From IMG/VR virus record IMGVR_UViG_3300025678_000001: a stretch of 64,000 nucleotides of DNA, one strand, 5' to 3'. Both the position numbers and the translations under genes were made by a program. This stretch comes from a virus (lineage: Duplodnaviria > Heunggongvirae > Uroviricota > Caudoviricetes). Below, piece after piece: positions 56,222 to 64,000 of this stretch; positions within the stretch are counted from its first letter, which is position 1; the number at the start of each line of letters is the position of its first letter. A model generated the notes under the pieces. The model was not told the DNA's origin and did no database searches. It worked only from the letters and a program-made list of their open reading frames with translations.

Positions 56222-56257
56222 ACCCCCGGTGGTTTCTACTACTGGGGTTTTCTTTTT
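56222..56257 (+). terminator. rho-independent terminator after the tmRNA-like gene
   Basis: 7-bp stem CCCCGGT/ACTGGGG (one GU) with a 10-nt loop, then TTTTCTTTTT. Confidence 0.6.
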
Positions 56258-56590
56258 AAACAAGTTACTCAACATATTTTCTTAGAGATGTTCTCTTTGA
56301 AAATCTGGATACGTCTTTATCCAAGTCCCGTGGGGAAGGTCATTGAGACCATAGACTGTCACAAGAGGAAAAAACTGGAAGATTCTTACGGCAGTTAAGA
56401 TATCCTGACTTCAATGTCGAAGTAACACTTGTCGTAGACGGGTTTAAAAAAGAGTAGTACAATTCTAGATATGTACGTTGATCCTGAGTATTTATACAAT
56501 ATACCCGCTGATACAGAAGTATCAGAGACGTAAACTCCTGTCTGACGACCAGTACGTTAAACTGGTCTTTTTACATCCTTAACCAAGCAT

Positions 56591-56899
56591 ATGGAAGAAT
56601 ACCTGATTATCAACAAGAAGAATGATGAAATAGAGTACATCATCTCTGTGATTACAGACAGTATCGGAACCAGTTACATGATGCGTAGGTCTAAAGCTAG
56701 TTCCTGGTCAGAAGACGTACGTGATAAACGTGTTCTGACAATTACAGACACCGGTGACAACATGATCGTAGATCCTAAGCTCGGTAAGAAGCTTGAGTAC
56801 GACGTATATGCAGAACTTTTAATCCTAATGAACTTCATCAAGAGTAAAGACAAAAACCTCACTGAAGAATACATGGTTGCAAACTATTCAAAGCCATAA
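56591..56899 (+). CDS. hypothetical protein
   Basis: 102-aa ORF. Confidence 0.45.
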   Translation: MEEYLIINKKNDEIEYIISVITDSIGTSYMMRRSKASSWSEDVRDKRVLTITDTGDNMIVDPKLGKKLEYDVYAELLILMNFIKSKDKNLTEEYMVANYSKP

Positions 56900-57158
56900 T
56901 ATGAGCAGAATCACTCGTCGTAACTGGACCGAAGATAAATTCGGCATAGTATCAAAAGGTAGCCTACCAGATCTTTTTGACAACACTGTTAAAAGTGTTT
57001 ACAGAATCACAGATCAGGAGTATGATCTGTTGGCAGAGAAAATGACAGAGACAGAGATGAACTTGTTTATTACGGAAAATCCAACGTATGCTGAAAAGCG
57101 TGTTATGATTCAACTGTTGAACAAGTACATCGACTACTCAGTATTGCAAGATCAGTAA
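56877..57158 (+). CDS. hypothetical protein
   Basis: 93-aa ORF. Confidence 0.4.
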   Translation: MQTIQSHNMSRITRRNWTEDKFGIVSKGSLPDLFDNTVKSVYRITDQEYDLLAEKMTETEMNLFITENPTYAEKRVMIQLLNKYIDYSVLQDQ

Positions 57159-57200
57159 CCTGTATTCACAGGCATTTTAAACAAGACAAAAACATACAGC

Positions 57201-58241
57201 ATGAACAATGTATGGTCACAACGTGGGAGCAGTTTTATCCCCGAAGAAATCACCCACCAGGTACAGAAGTTACCGGTTGGGATTTATAAAGTTCAAGAGC
57301 ATCCGGCTCTGAAGTTCCTGTACTTGGATCGTGTTCAGGACAGTTTCCCTTTCCCGTATAAAGTATACGGTATTGAAAGGCCGTTCATCGACCGCGTGAA
57401 AAAGTCTTATGAAAACACCACAGGAAACTTTGGTGTACTGCTTAACGGTATGAAAGGTACCGGTAAGACTGTCACAGCTGAAATCATCTGTAACGAGATG
57501 AACCTACCGGTTATCATCATCCCCAGGCACTATGACAGTATAGTGTCCTTCTTAAATAACATACAGCAGGATGTTATTGTTTTTATCGACGAGTTTGAGA
57601 AAATCTATGATCGGTACCAGAACAGTCTTCTGACGATCATGGATGGAGCCATGAAGACCAAACACCGTATTTTCTTCCTGCTGACTACCAATGAAACCAG
57701 GATTGATTCAAACTTGTTACAACGTCCGAGCCGTATCCGGTACGTAAAAATGTTCAGTGACATGAAACTGGAAGTCATCATGGAAGTAGTAGATGATCTC
57801 TTAAAGCACAAACACCACAGAGAGTCTGCTATCAAGATGATCTCCGAGATGCCGATCATCACCATGGACCTGGTAAAAGCTGTGATCAACGAGATCAACA
57901 TCCACGATGAAGATCCTTACGAGTTCCGTGAGATCTTCAACGTACACGCAGATCGTTCTGAACTGTACAACATTTTTGAGATCAAAGATGGAGAACGTCT
58001 GGAGATCAAAACGTTTGCTACGATCAGTCCAAGCTGGCTCAGTGAGTACAGTGTAGGTGAAGACTTCGAGATCAATGGAAGACCCATTGGTTACATCAAA
58101 TCCGTTCTGTCTAGCCGCCAGCTCCTGGTTGCTGAAAGAGAGGACGAAGATGATGCATCCACAGAAGTAGCCCGTCTGATCCTGCTGGAACCGGCTGTAA
58201 AAACACATAAAGCTTTTGCCGGAAGCTCTCTGGCATTTTAA
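57201..58241 (+). CDS. AAA+ ATPase
   Basis: Walker A GMKGTGKT, Walker B VIVFIDEFEK, sensor/arginine region LLTTNETRID...RPSRIRY. Confidence 0.75.
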   Translation: MNNVWSQRGSSFIPEEITHQVQKLPVGIYKVQEHPALKFLYLDRVQDSFPFPYKVYGIERPFIDRVKKSYENTTGNFGVLLNGMKGTGKTVTAEIICNEMNLPVIIIPRHYDSIVSFLNNIQQDVIVFIDEFEKIYDRYQNSLLTIMDGAMKTKHRIFFLLTTNETRIDSNLLQRPSRIRYVKMFSDMKLEVIMEVVDDLLKHKHHRESAIKMISEMPIITMDLVKAVINEINIHDEDPYEFREIFNVHADRSELYNIFEIKDGERLEIKTFATISPSWLSEYSVGEDFEINGRPIGYIKSVLSSRQLLVAEREDEDDASTEVARLILLEPAVKTHKAFAGSSLAF

Positions 58242-58244
58242 GCC

Positions 58245-58811
58245 ATGTTGACAAAAGAAGAATATAAAGAACTTAAAGATTCCTTCTTCAACTTTATGAA
58301 GAAGCTTCTGGTCGAACAAGGTGACCTGAATCCCTGTATTGTACTAATGGGAAAGAAGCTTGCTAATGCCTTGGGAGAAGAAGAAGAATCAAACGCAGTA
58401 GTTTACGTTCCCATTCCTGGTAAGTACATGAAGACAGAGAAGACCAAGGAAGAATTTGTAACAGAAGTAATACCAAAAATGGGAACAGAAATACGTCAAT
58501 ACTTTTCTATCTACGCAGTAGCATGGGTAGCAGAAGCCTGGGTACGTGAAGTTCATCAAGGTGAAGTTCCTGTTAACTGGAAAGATCTTCCTATTCAAAA
58601 AGAAGTTTTGATCATTACGATTGAAACCAAGGATGCCACAGAAGGTATTACATTTGAGATCAAACGAAACGGGAAAGAAGTAAACGCAGAAGGTGAGCTG
58701 ATTGACCACATCGAACTGATCGAAGATATACGAGCCAATGGGTTTATTCCTTCAGGAGGACGTTTCAGTGGTTTGTACAAACAATTCACAGAATCTGGGA
58801 CAAGCTCTTAA
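58245..58811 (+). CDS. hypothetical protein
   Basis: 188-aa ORF directly after the AAA+ gene. Confidence 0.5.
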   Translation: MLTKEEYKELKDSFFNFMKKLLVEQGDLNPCIVLMGKKLANALGEEEESNAVVYVPIPGKYMKTEKTKEEFVTEVIPKMGTEIRQYFSIYAVAWVAEAWVREVHQGEVPVNWKDLPIQKEVLIITIETKDATEGITFEIKRNGKEVNAEGELIDHIELIEDIRANGFIPSGGRFSGLYKQFTESGTSS

Positions 58812-59130
58812 ACTTGTTCCAGATTTTTATATAGTACCCCCTTTTTTTCATTAATACAAAGCTTATGAATTGGTTAAAAAAACTATTCACTAAAGATGAT
58901 TGTGAACAAGCTAAAAAAGAGCTGGAGCAAAAAGTCGTCATCTTAGAGGCTGAACTGGAGAAAAGGCAGGAAGCCATTAACCGGACCAATGCCTACTGGA
59001 AAAAACGCTTCTACAACAGACGAAGAAATCCTTCCAGTTCCTGATTATAGCTCTATTATCCACACTTCCAAACTCCGGATTTTGTATAACTAGTTGTAGA
59101 CCTTATCTTTATAAGATAAGTAAACACCCT

Positions 59131-59391
59131 ATGTTGTACCAACTGCCAAACGGTAAGGTCATTGAGATCTCCACTGAGCAGTATCTGGAACTATCTGATG
59201 AAGAACTGGAATACCTCGTTGCTTACAATTACGGAGAAACCGTGGAAAACCCATGGTTTGGATCCGTTTTAAGCAGACGTGAATCAGCTTCCATCACTGA
59301 AGATCCAGAAACAGCTGAAGATCTGACTGAGATTCCGGAAGAAGATAAGCTATCTGCACTTGATATGGACTTTGAGCCTGAGGAAGAATAA
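59131..59391 (+). CDS. small acidic protein
   Basis: 86-aa E/D-rich ORF. Confidence 0.4.
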   Translation: MLYQLPNGKVIEISTEQYLELSDEELEYLVAYNYGETVENPWFGSVLSRRESASITEDPETAEDLTEIPEEDKLSALDMDFEPEEE

Positions 59392-59478
59392 TCCCCAAGC
59401 CTGAGTTTCTCAATAACGTAATAACCCTGGTTACCTGAGGTAGCTGGGGTTTTTTATTCATTCCCTAAACAGTTCGTT

Positions 59479-59952
59479 ATGTACGGAAAAGTAAAGGTGA
59501 CTGCTGATGAAAACGGAAACATCATCGGTCGGTCCCAAAACAACCCCGAGTTCGGCTATATCCGTGTAGAACAACAGGTTACGCAAATCAACCAGGAAGG
59601 TTGGCTCAGGCGTGCCACTCGTTCTGCTCTGATCAAAGGCCGTGTAGATGATTTGGTAGCAGCGTCGTTCACTGCTGGCCAGGAACTCCCCGGAAAGATC
59701 GTAGTACGGGAGTCTTTTGAACCCTTCAATCCGCAGAATCCGGATCGTGATCTGAAAATGGCGGGAACCACCGGCGTTATCTGCCGCGTAGGTGATCAGC
59801 CGATCTATCGTCAAAGCTTCTATGTCACTGATGATACAGCTTCTGATGAGCTGATCATGCACGACAACAGAGAAGAGATCCGCCAGGTCCAAGCTGTCTT
59901 ACGTCTGACAGAAAAGGACACCTTTAAAGAAACACCTGTAGCTACTCTCTAA
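59479..59952 (+). CDS. hypothetical protein
   Basis: 157-aa ORF. Confidence 0.5.
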   Translation: MYGKVKVTADENGNIIGRSQNNPEFGYIRVEQQVTQINQEGWLRRATRSALIKGRVDDLVAASFTAGQELPGKIVVRESFEPFNPQNPDRDLKMAGTTGVICRVGDQPIYRQSFYVTDDTASDELIMHDNREEIRQVQAVLRLTEKDTFKETPVATL

Positions 59953-60071
59953 GTAGCTCTATAAGAGTAGGAGTGCCTGGTAACCTAGTTACTGGGCACT
60001 CTTTTTATATGTAGACTATTCTTTGGAGAACTGTCACAAGTTCTCTAACTTCACCATTTAAACTGTAGATC

Positions 60072-60593
60072 ATGCGTTACAATCCTCACAAGACCGTATC
60101 CGCTAACTCTAAAGGCATCATTATCTCCTTCAGAGATGTAAACAAACATAAGTTTCAACCTTATGAAGCTCTTCACATAGAAGAAATTCAGACCAAGGGC
60201 CGGAAACGGTACCAGGAACTGGAAAAGCCGGCTTTCAACAAAGTTCAGCAACAGCTCTATGCCGAAGCTGTCTATGGTTTAAGCCATTACTCTGAGGATG
60301 ATGTCAACAAGATGTCCAAGTCTAAGAAATTACGCGTACTTGCTAAGTACGCAAAAGCCCAACGGATCCTTAACCGGTGGAAACAAGAGATTATAAACGA
60401 GAGGGTGGATAGCTTTCTTATGGCTTTCTTCCCTAACTCACCGATCACTAAAGCCCTGGTTGAGACCAAAGGTCATGACCGATCCATCCATGAAAGTCAT
60501 TCTTTCAAAGAACTGGGACTCTCCCAACAAGACGTAGCCTCTAAACTCATGGAGGTCAACATTTTACCCAAAAACTTTTATCAACTAGTATGA
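60072..60593 (+). CDS. hypothetical protein
   Basis: 173-aa ORF. Confidence 0.5.
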   Translation: MRYNPHKTVSANSKGIIISFRDVNKHKFQPYEALHIEEIQTKGRKRYQELEKPAFNKVQQQLYAEAVYGLSHYSEDDVNKMSKSKKLRVLAKYAKAQRILNRWKQEIINERVDSFLMAFFPNSPITKALVETKGHDRSIHESHSFKELGLSQQDVASKLMEVNILPKNFYQLV

Positions 60594-60874
60594 AAAAGAT
60601 CTATAAGTATCCAATCAATCCTGGGTTCAACGGAGTTTGGATAGTAGACATCCCCCAAGAAGCAACCTTTTTATATGCAGGACTGGACCCTACTGGTCAA
60701 CTCTGTATGTGGTGGGAGATAGACCCTGATGAAGAAGCCACACCCTGTACATTCTGTATTGTAGGTACAGGGCAAGAGTATGATCCAAACGAGTGGGTAT
60801 ACCTGCAAACAGTTCAAGATGGCCGCTTCATGTGGCATCTTTTTTCATCGAGCAAAGACATCAAAGAAGTATGA
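60590..60874 (+). CDS. hypothetical protein
   Basis: 94-aa ORF overlapping by 4 nt. Confidence 0.45.
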   Translation: MKKIYKYPINPGFNGVWIVDIPQEATFLYAGLDPTGQLCMWWEIDPDEEATPCTFCIVGTGQEYDPNEWVYLQTVQDGRFMWHLFSSSKDIKEV

Positions 60875-61275
60875 TCCAAACCAAGTTAAAACCGTGTGCC
60901 GGCTGTAAACAGCTGAAGCATATATGGAAGTCCCATGGAAAGGAAAAGTACTGTAAAGAGTGCTGGTACTCTATGGAAAAACCCAAACCCATCCCGCCTA
61001 TCTCTAAGAAAAGGAAGACGGAGATGTCCGAGTATGATAAACGCAGAAGTCTGTTCTTGATAGCGAATCCTAAGTGTCAGGCCAATCTCGTGGGGTGTAC
61101 GTTGGTAGCAACCGATGTACACCACACGGAGGGCCGTATAGGAGAGAACTATCTGAACATGTCTAAGTGGAAAGCTCTCTGCAGAAACTGTCATACCTGG
61201 ATAGAAACACATCCCGAAGAGGCTAAAGAGCTTGGCCTTTCTTCATCACGTTTAAACGAACCTAAAAATGAATAA
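60871..61275 (+). CDS. HNH endonuclease
   Basis: CAGC...CKEC zinc knuckle, DVHHTEGR...N...CRNCH (HNH His-Asn-His with flanking Cys pairs). Confidence 0.6.
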   Translation: MIQTKLKPCAGCKQLKHIWKSHGKEKYCKECWYSMEKPKPIPPISKKRKTEMSEYDKRRSLFLIANPKCQANLVGCTLVATDVHHTEGRIGENYLNMSKWKALCRNCHTWIETHPEEAKELGLSSSRLNEPKNE

Positions 61276-61546
61276 GTATTCCCTGTTACTGAACATCGGT
61301 ATCATAGTTATCTGTGCGTTGTTCTTGGCTCAGATCTCTATCCAGTTCAAACCGTTCAAAATCGAACTGAAGAACTGGTTACAAGCCGTGGGATACCTGG
61401 TACTGTTTGCCGGTATCGGTATTCTGATCGTAGACACACACTCAAAAGCTTATGCAAAGGGTGTTCATGATGGTGGTGAGGTCTATGAGAAAGCCTTGAT
61501 AGAAAAAATCAATGAGTTCAAGATGAACCACCCGACCAAAGAATAA
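61268..61546 (+). CDS. small membrane protein
   Basis: 92-aa ORF with two TM helices. Confidence 0.4.
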   Translation: MNKYSLLLNIGIIVICALFLAQISIQFKPFKIELKNWLQAVGYLVLFAGIGILIVDTHSKAYAKGVHDGGEVYEKALIEKINEFKMNHPTKE

Positions 61547-61568
61547 TTCTAACACCAAAAACATAGTT

Positions 61569-62303
61569 ATGCATCTCTATAGTAAGTATGCATCAGAAGC
61601 TGCTGCGTATTGCAGACAAAAAATCAAAGAGTTCAAAGAGGATCAGGACCGTGATCCTAACAAAGTATTCAGTGTCCACTATAACGCAAGACATCGGGAT
61701 CAGGTGTGGATACCATGGGTATATTGGAAATGGAGGAGTACAGATATGGAACCTGGTTGTCACATACTCAAAGGCTTTGTGGCCAACACTCTTGAACAAG
61801 TAGACCTGGGGGACAACAGAAGGGTCACCAGTGGATCTTTCAAGTATAATCGTACTAAGAATGCCCTGGTAGGTACTATTAACACAAGTAAACACTACGA
61901 GTCTCTCTTAAAGCATTCAATCCGGTTCAAAGAAGAGATCAACGCTGATAAAGCTACTTTGTTTATACAGATCCATGGCAGAACAAAAGTGTATGTAACA
62001 CTCTCTATTGAACTGAAGAACGGGTTTGTTGATAATACACTTGTAGCTCAAGTAGAAAAAAGGATCGAAAACGGGATCAAAGTCTCACTTGAAAAAGCTC
62101 TGAAAAACTGCAAAGGAAAACTGAGCAGAATTGATGAACGGATAGCATTGAATAACGGGTTAGCTAAGACAAAAGTAGATATTGAGCTTAGTCTGAATAC
62201 ATATGAGTCTATCCCGAACATTCCCTACACCATTTCTTTCAAAAAATCTGTAAACCATGATGAAGCTAAAAATAGACACGAGCAAGCTAACCTCGACGCA
62301 TAG
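61569..62303 (+). CDS. hypothetical protein
   Basis: 244-aa ORF. Confidence 0.5.
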   Translation: MHLYSKYASEAAAYCRQKIKEFKEDQDRDPNKVFSVHYNARHRDQVWIPWVYWKWRSTDMEPGCHILKGFVANTLEQVDLGDNRRVTSGSFKYNRTKNALVGTINTSKHYESLLKHSIRFKEEINADKATLFIQIHGRTKVYVTLSIELKNGFVDNTLVAQVEKRIENGIKVSLEKALKNCKGKLSRIDERIALNNGLAKTKVDIELSLNTYESIPNIPYTISFKKSVNHDEAKNRHEQANLDA

Positions 62304-63036
62304 ATATGAGATGTTCGAGTATGTAGTATGTGGGCTACCTCAACTTGGTCTGACAGAGGCCCTGCGTCTTTGGAGAACAAAGTATGATGACTTCAAAGAC
62401 TTCAACAAAGAAGTTATTGAAGGAAAACCAGGCATGAAAGACTTCGGTGAGTTCGTATACGAGATGTGGGACAAAATCCAAAAAGTAACCGTCACAGAAG
62501 CCCTGGCTTTGGAGAATGCGGAAAAACGCAGAGTATACTTTGACTGCATTGGTGTTGAGACCATCTTTAAACAGATGGAACCAACCCTCAGAGATCGTCA
62601 GGTCATCAAGAAAAAACGCATGCGTTGGGACACTAACAATGACCCGTACGATTACGAGTTTGAGGATGTCTACGAACTCTATGAGATCGAAGGAGAAAAA
62701 CTCTTTGGTAAAGACAGATGGAACCGGATGTTAAACCCGGTTTACGCAGTAAGATGCTGGTGTACTACCACAAACCGTGAGTACTGGCTCTATGTATCAC
62801 CAGAAGCTGTAGAAGAAGGTCCGGTTGCAAGATGGGGCAGAAGACAACAAGAAGAGATAAAGTATGATGCTATCAGTGCCATAGCATGGACTATCAGGAT
62901 AGACATCAGTCATCCTGAACGTATCTACCGGCAAGGAGATATCATCGTAGCCAAAATGAGTGATCAAAGTGAGACTGTAAGCCGTTACCATCTTACCAAA
63001 GAAAACTATCTCGAGCTGATGTATTCTGAAACCTGA
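62257..63036 (+). CDS. hypothetical protein
   Basis: 259-aa ORF (likely a later start codon; 47-nt overlap with the previous ORF). Confidence 0.5.
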   Translation: MMKLKIDTSKLTSTHRYEMFEYVVCGLPQLGLTEALRLWRTKYDDFKDFNKEVIEGKPGMKDFGEFVYEMWDKIQKVTVTEALALENAEKRRVYFDCIGVETIFKQMEPTLRDRQVIKKKRMRWDTNNDPYDYEFEDVYELYEIEGEKLFGKDRWNRMLNPVYAVRCWCTTTNREYWLYVSPEAVEEGPVARWGRRQQEEIKYDAISAIAWTIRIDISHPERIYRQGDIIVAKMSDQSETVSRYHLTKENYLELMYSET

Positions 63037-63075
63037 TACCAGGTTTCCTTTTATAACCGTTTTAAAAACAGAACC

Positions 63076-63327
63076 ATGGCAGTAAAGAAAGCTAAGCGGA
63101 TCGTGCTTGGAGAAGGAGAGATCTTCGGACACAAGCATATCCTGGAATGCAACAAAGACATGAGTGTTGAAGAGACAAATAACTCTATCACATTCATGCT
63201 GCACGAAATGGGTATCCTTACTCATGACGAGCATGATCGTATGGTGTTTGAGCCCGGTAAATACCGATCTTATAACCAGGTCGAGTACAATCCATTCGAC
63301 GGATCTGTATCTCGTGTATATGACTAA
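63076..63327 (+). CDS. hypothetical protein
   Basis: 83-aa ORF. Confidence 0.4.
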   Translation: MAVKKAKRIVLGEGEIFGHKHILECNKDMSVEETNNSITFMLHEMGILTHDEHDRMVFEPGKYRSYNQVEYNPFDGSVSRVYD

Positions 63328-63338
63328 ACCCGTAACAC

Positions 63339-63626
63339 ATGAATCAGGACAACTATAAAAAGCCCGCATACCCGGAACCAACTAGTGAAGACGGTTGGCC
63401 AACCACAACTAATACGGGCTTTACAAAGCTTGAAGCTGCAAGCATACAGATAGCTACTGGTCTATTAAATCTAGATCCTAGTTGGGAAACAATGTTTTCT
63501 ACGCCTTTGGATGAGCCAAAAAAAGGAAGCAAGTTCTCACAAGCTAAACTAGCTCGTAATGCTGTAGCCATAGCTAAGGCTGTTCTTGATGAGTGTGCAA
63601 AAGAACAACAAGATGAGCAAACGTAA
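63339..63626 (+). CDS. hypothetical protein
   Basis: 95-aa ORF. Confidence 0.4.
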   Translation: MNQDNYKKPAYPEPTSEDGWPTTTNTGFTKLEAASIQIATGLLNLDPSWETMFSTPLDEPKKGSKFSQAKLARNAVAIAKAVLDECAKEQQDEQT

Positions 63627-64000
63627 CGAAGTCCAGAAAGAAGCTCTCGAAATGGCTGTAAAACATAAACACTGTGGACTGGGCATTAGTATGGGCGTCG
63701 GTAAAACTCTCATCGGTTTACGGTATGTAGATCATTTCCAGAAGGAAAAAGATGGGAATCTTAAAGTGCTGGTAGCAGCACCTAAGGTTTCCATCTTTGA
63801 AACCTGGAAAGCTGAAGGAAAGAAGCATGGTATATCAACTGACAACATAGAGTTTACAACCTATTTGTCACTGAACAAGCTTACTCCTTCTCACTATGAT
63901 ATCGTAATCTTAGATGAGTGTCACAGTTTACTCTACAGTCATGAGATCTTTCTTTCTCAGTTCACAGGGCGTATACTTGGCTTGAGCGGAACTCCGCCCA
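63613..64000 (+). CDS. superfamily-2 DEAD/DEAH-like helicase (N-terminal part, truncated by the window end)
   Basis: Walker A GVGKTL, Walker B DECH, motif III SGTP; no stop before the window end. Confidence 0.6.
   Translation, partial: MSKRNEVQKEALEMAVKHKHCGLGISMGVGKTLIGLRYVDHFQKEKDGNLKVLVAAPKVSIFETWKAEGKKHGISTDNIEFTTYLSLNKLTPSHYDIVILDECHSLLYSHEIFLSQFTGRILGLSGTPP

Overview
This window reads as one contiguous piece of a large virulent dsDNA phage genome whose host is most likely a Bacteroidetes bacterium; no rRNA or host housekeeping genes are present. Three host clues point to Bacteroidetes: a Type IX secretion (T9SS) C-terminal sorting domain, LSAC lipoboxes, and TAnnTTTG -7 promoter boxes.

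- **0.1-33.3 kb, minus strand:** a packaging and virion-structure operon. It includes a putative terminase large subunit, portal, scaffold and major capsid protein. Many structural proteins follow, including a 721-aa and an 1860-aa tail fibre with internal repeats, ending in a calcineurin-like metallophosphoesterase.
- **33.5-33.9 kb:** an HxlR-family wHTH regulator.
- **34.05-37.01 kb:** a minus-strand array of about 24 tRNA genes, a near-complete isoacceptor set with unusual nCGAT T-loops. It is interspersed with short promoter-to-terminator units.
- **37.2-38.3 kb:** a few small minus-strand genes, then a divergent intergenic control region with palindromic operators and C-tract repeats.
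- **38.7-64 kb, plus strand:** an early/accessory region of small genes: secreted proteins and lipoproteins, a tandem paralog pair, a wHTH/replisome-organiser-like protein, a ParB-like nuclease-domain protein, an SPFH/band-7 protein, a T9SS C-terminal-domain secreted protein, an AAA+ ATPase, an HNH endonuclease and the start of an SF2 helicase.

The most notable non-coding candidates:
- A phage-encoded tmRNA-like gene (about 55540-56195) with its own promoter and terminator.
- An intact-looking tRNA gene whose anticodon loop is replaced by a ~47-nt structured insertion (54690-54810).
- A degenerate tRNA-like element at 50014-50086.
- A recurrent promoter/operator motif system: TTGTAGAAC / CTACAATACAAATATAC boxes, TTCTACAA-N7-TTGTAGAA dyads, and AGCTCA-N4-TGAGCT palindromes.

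All calls come from reading the sequence by eye; none were checked against a database.
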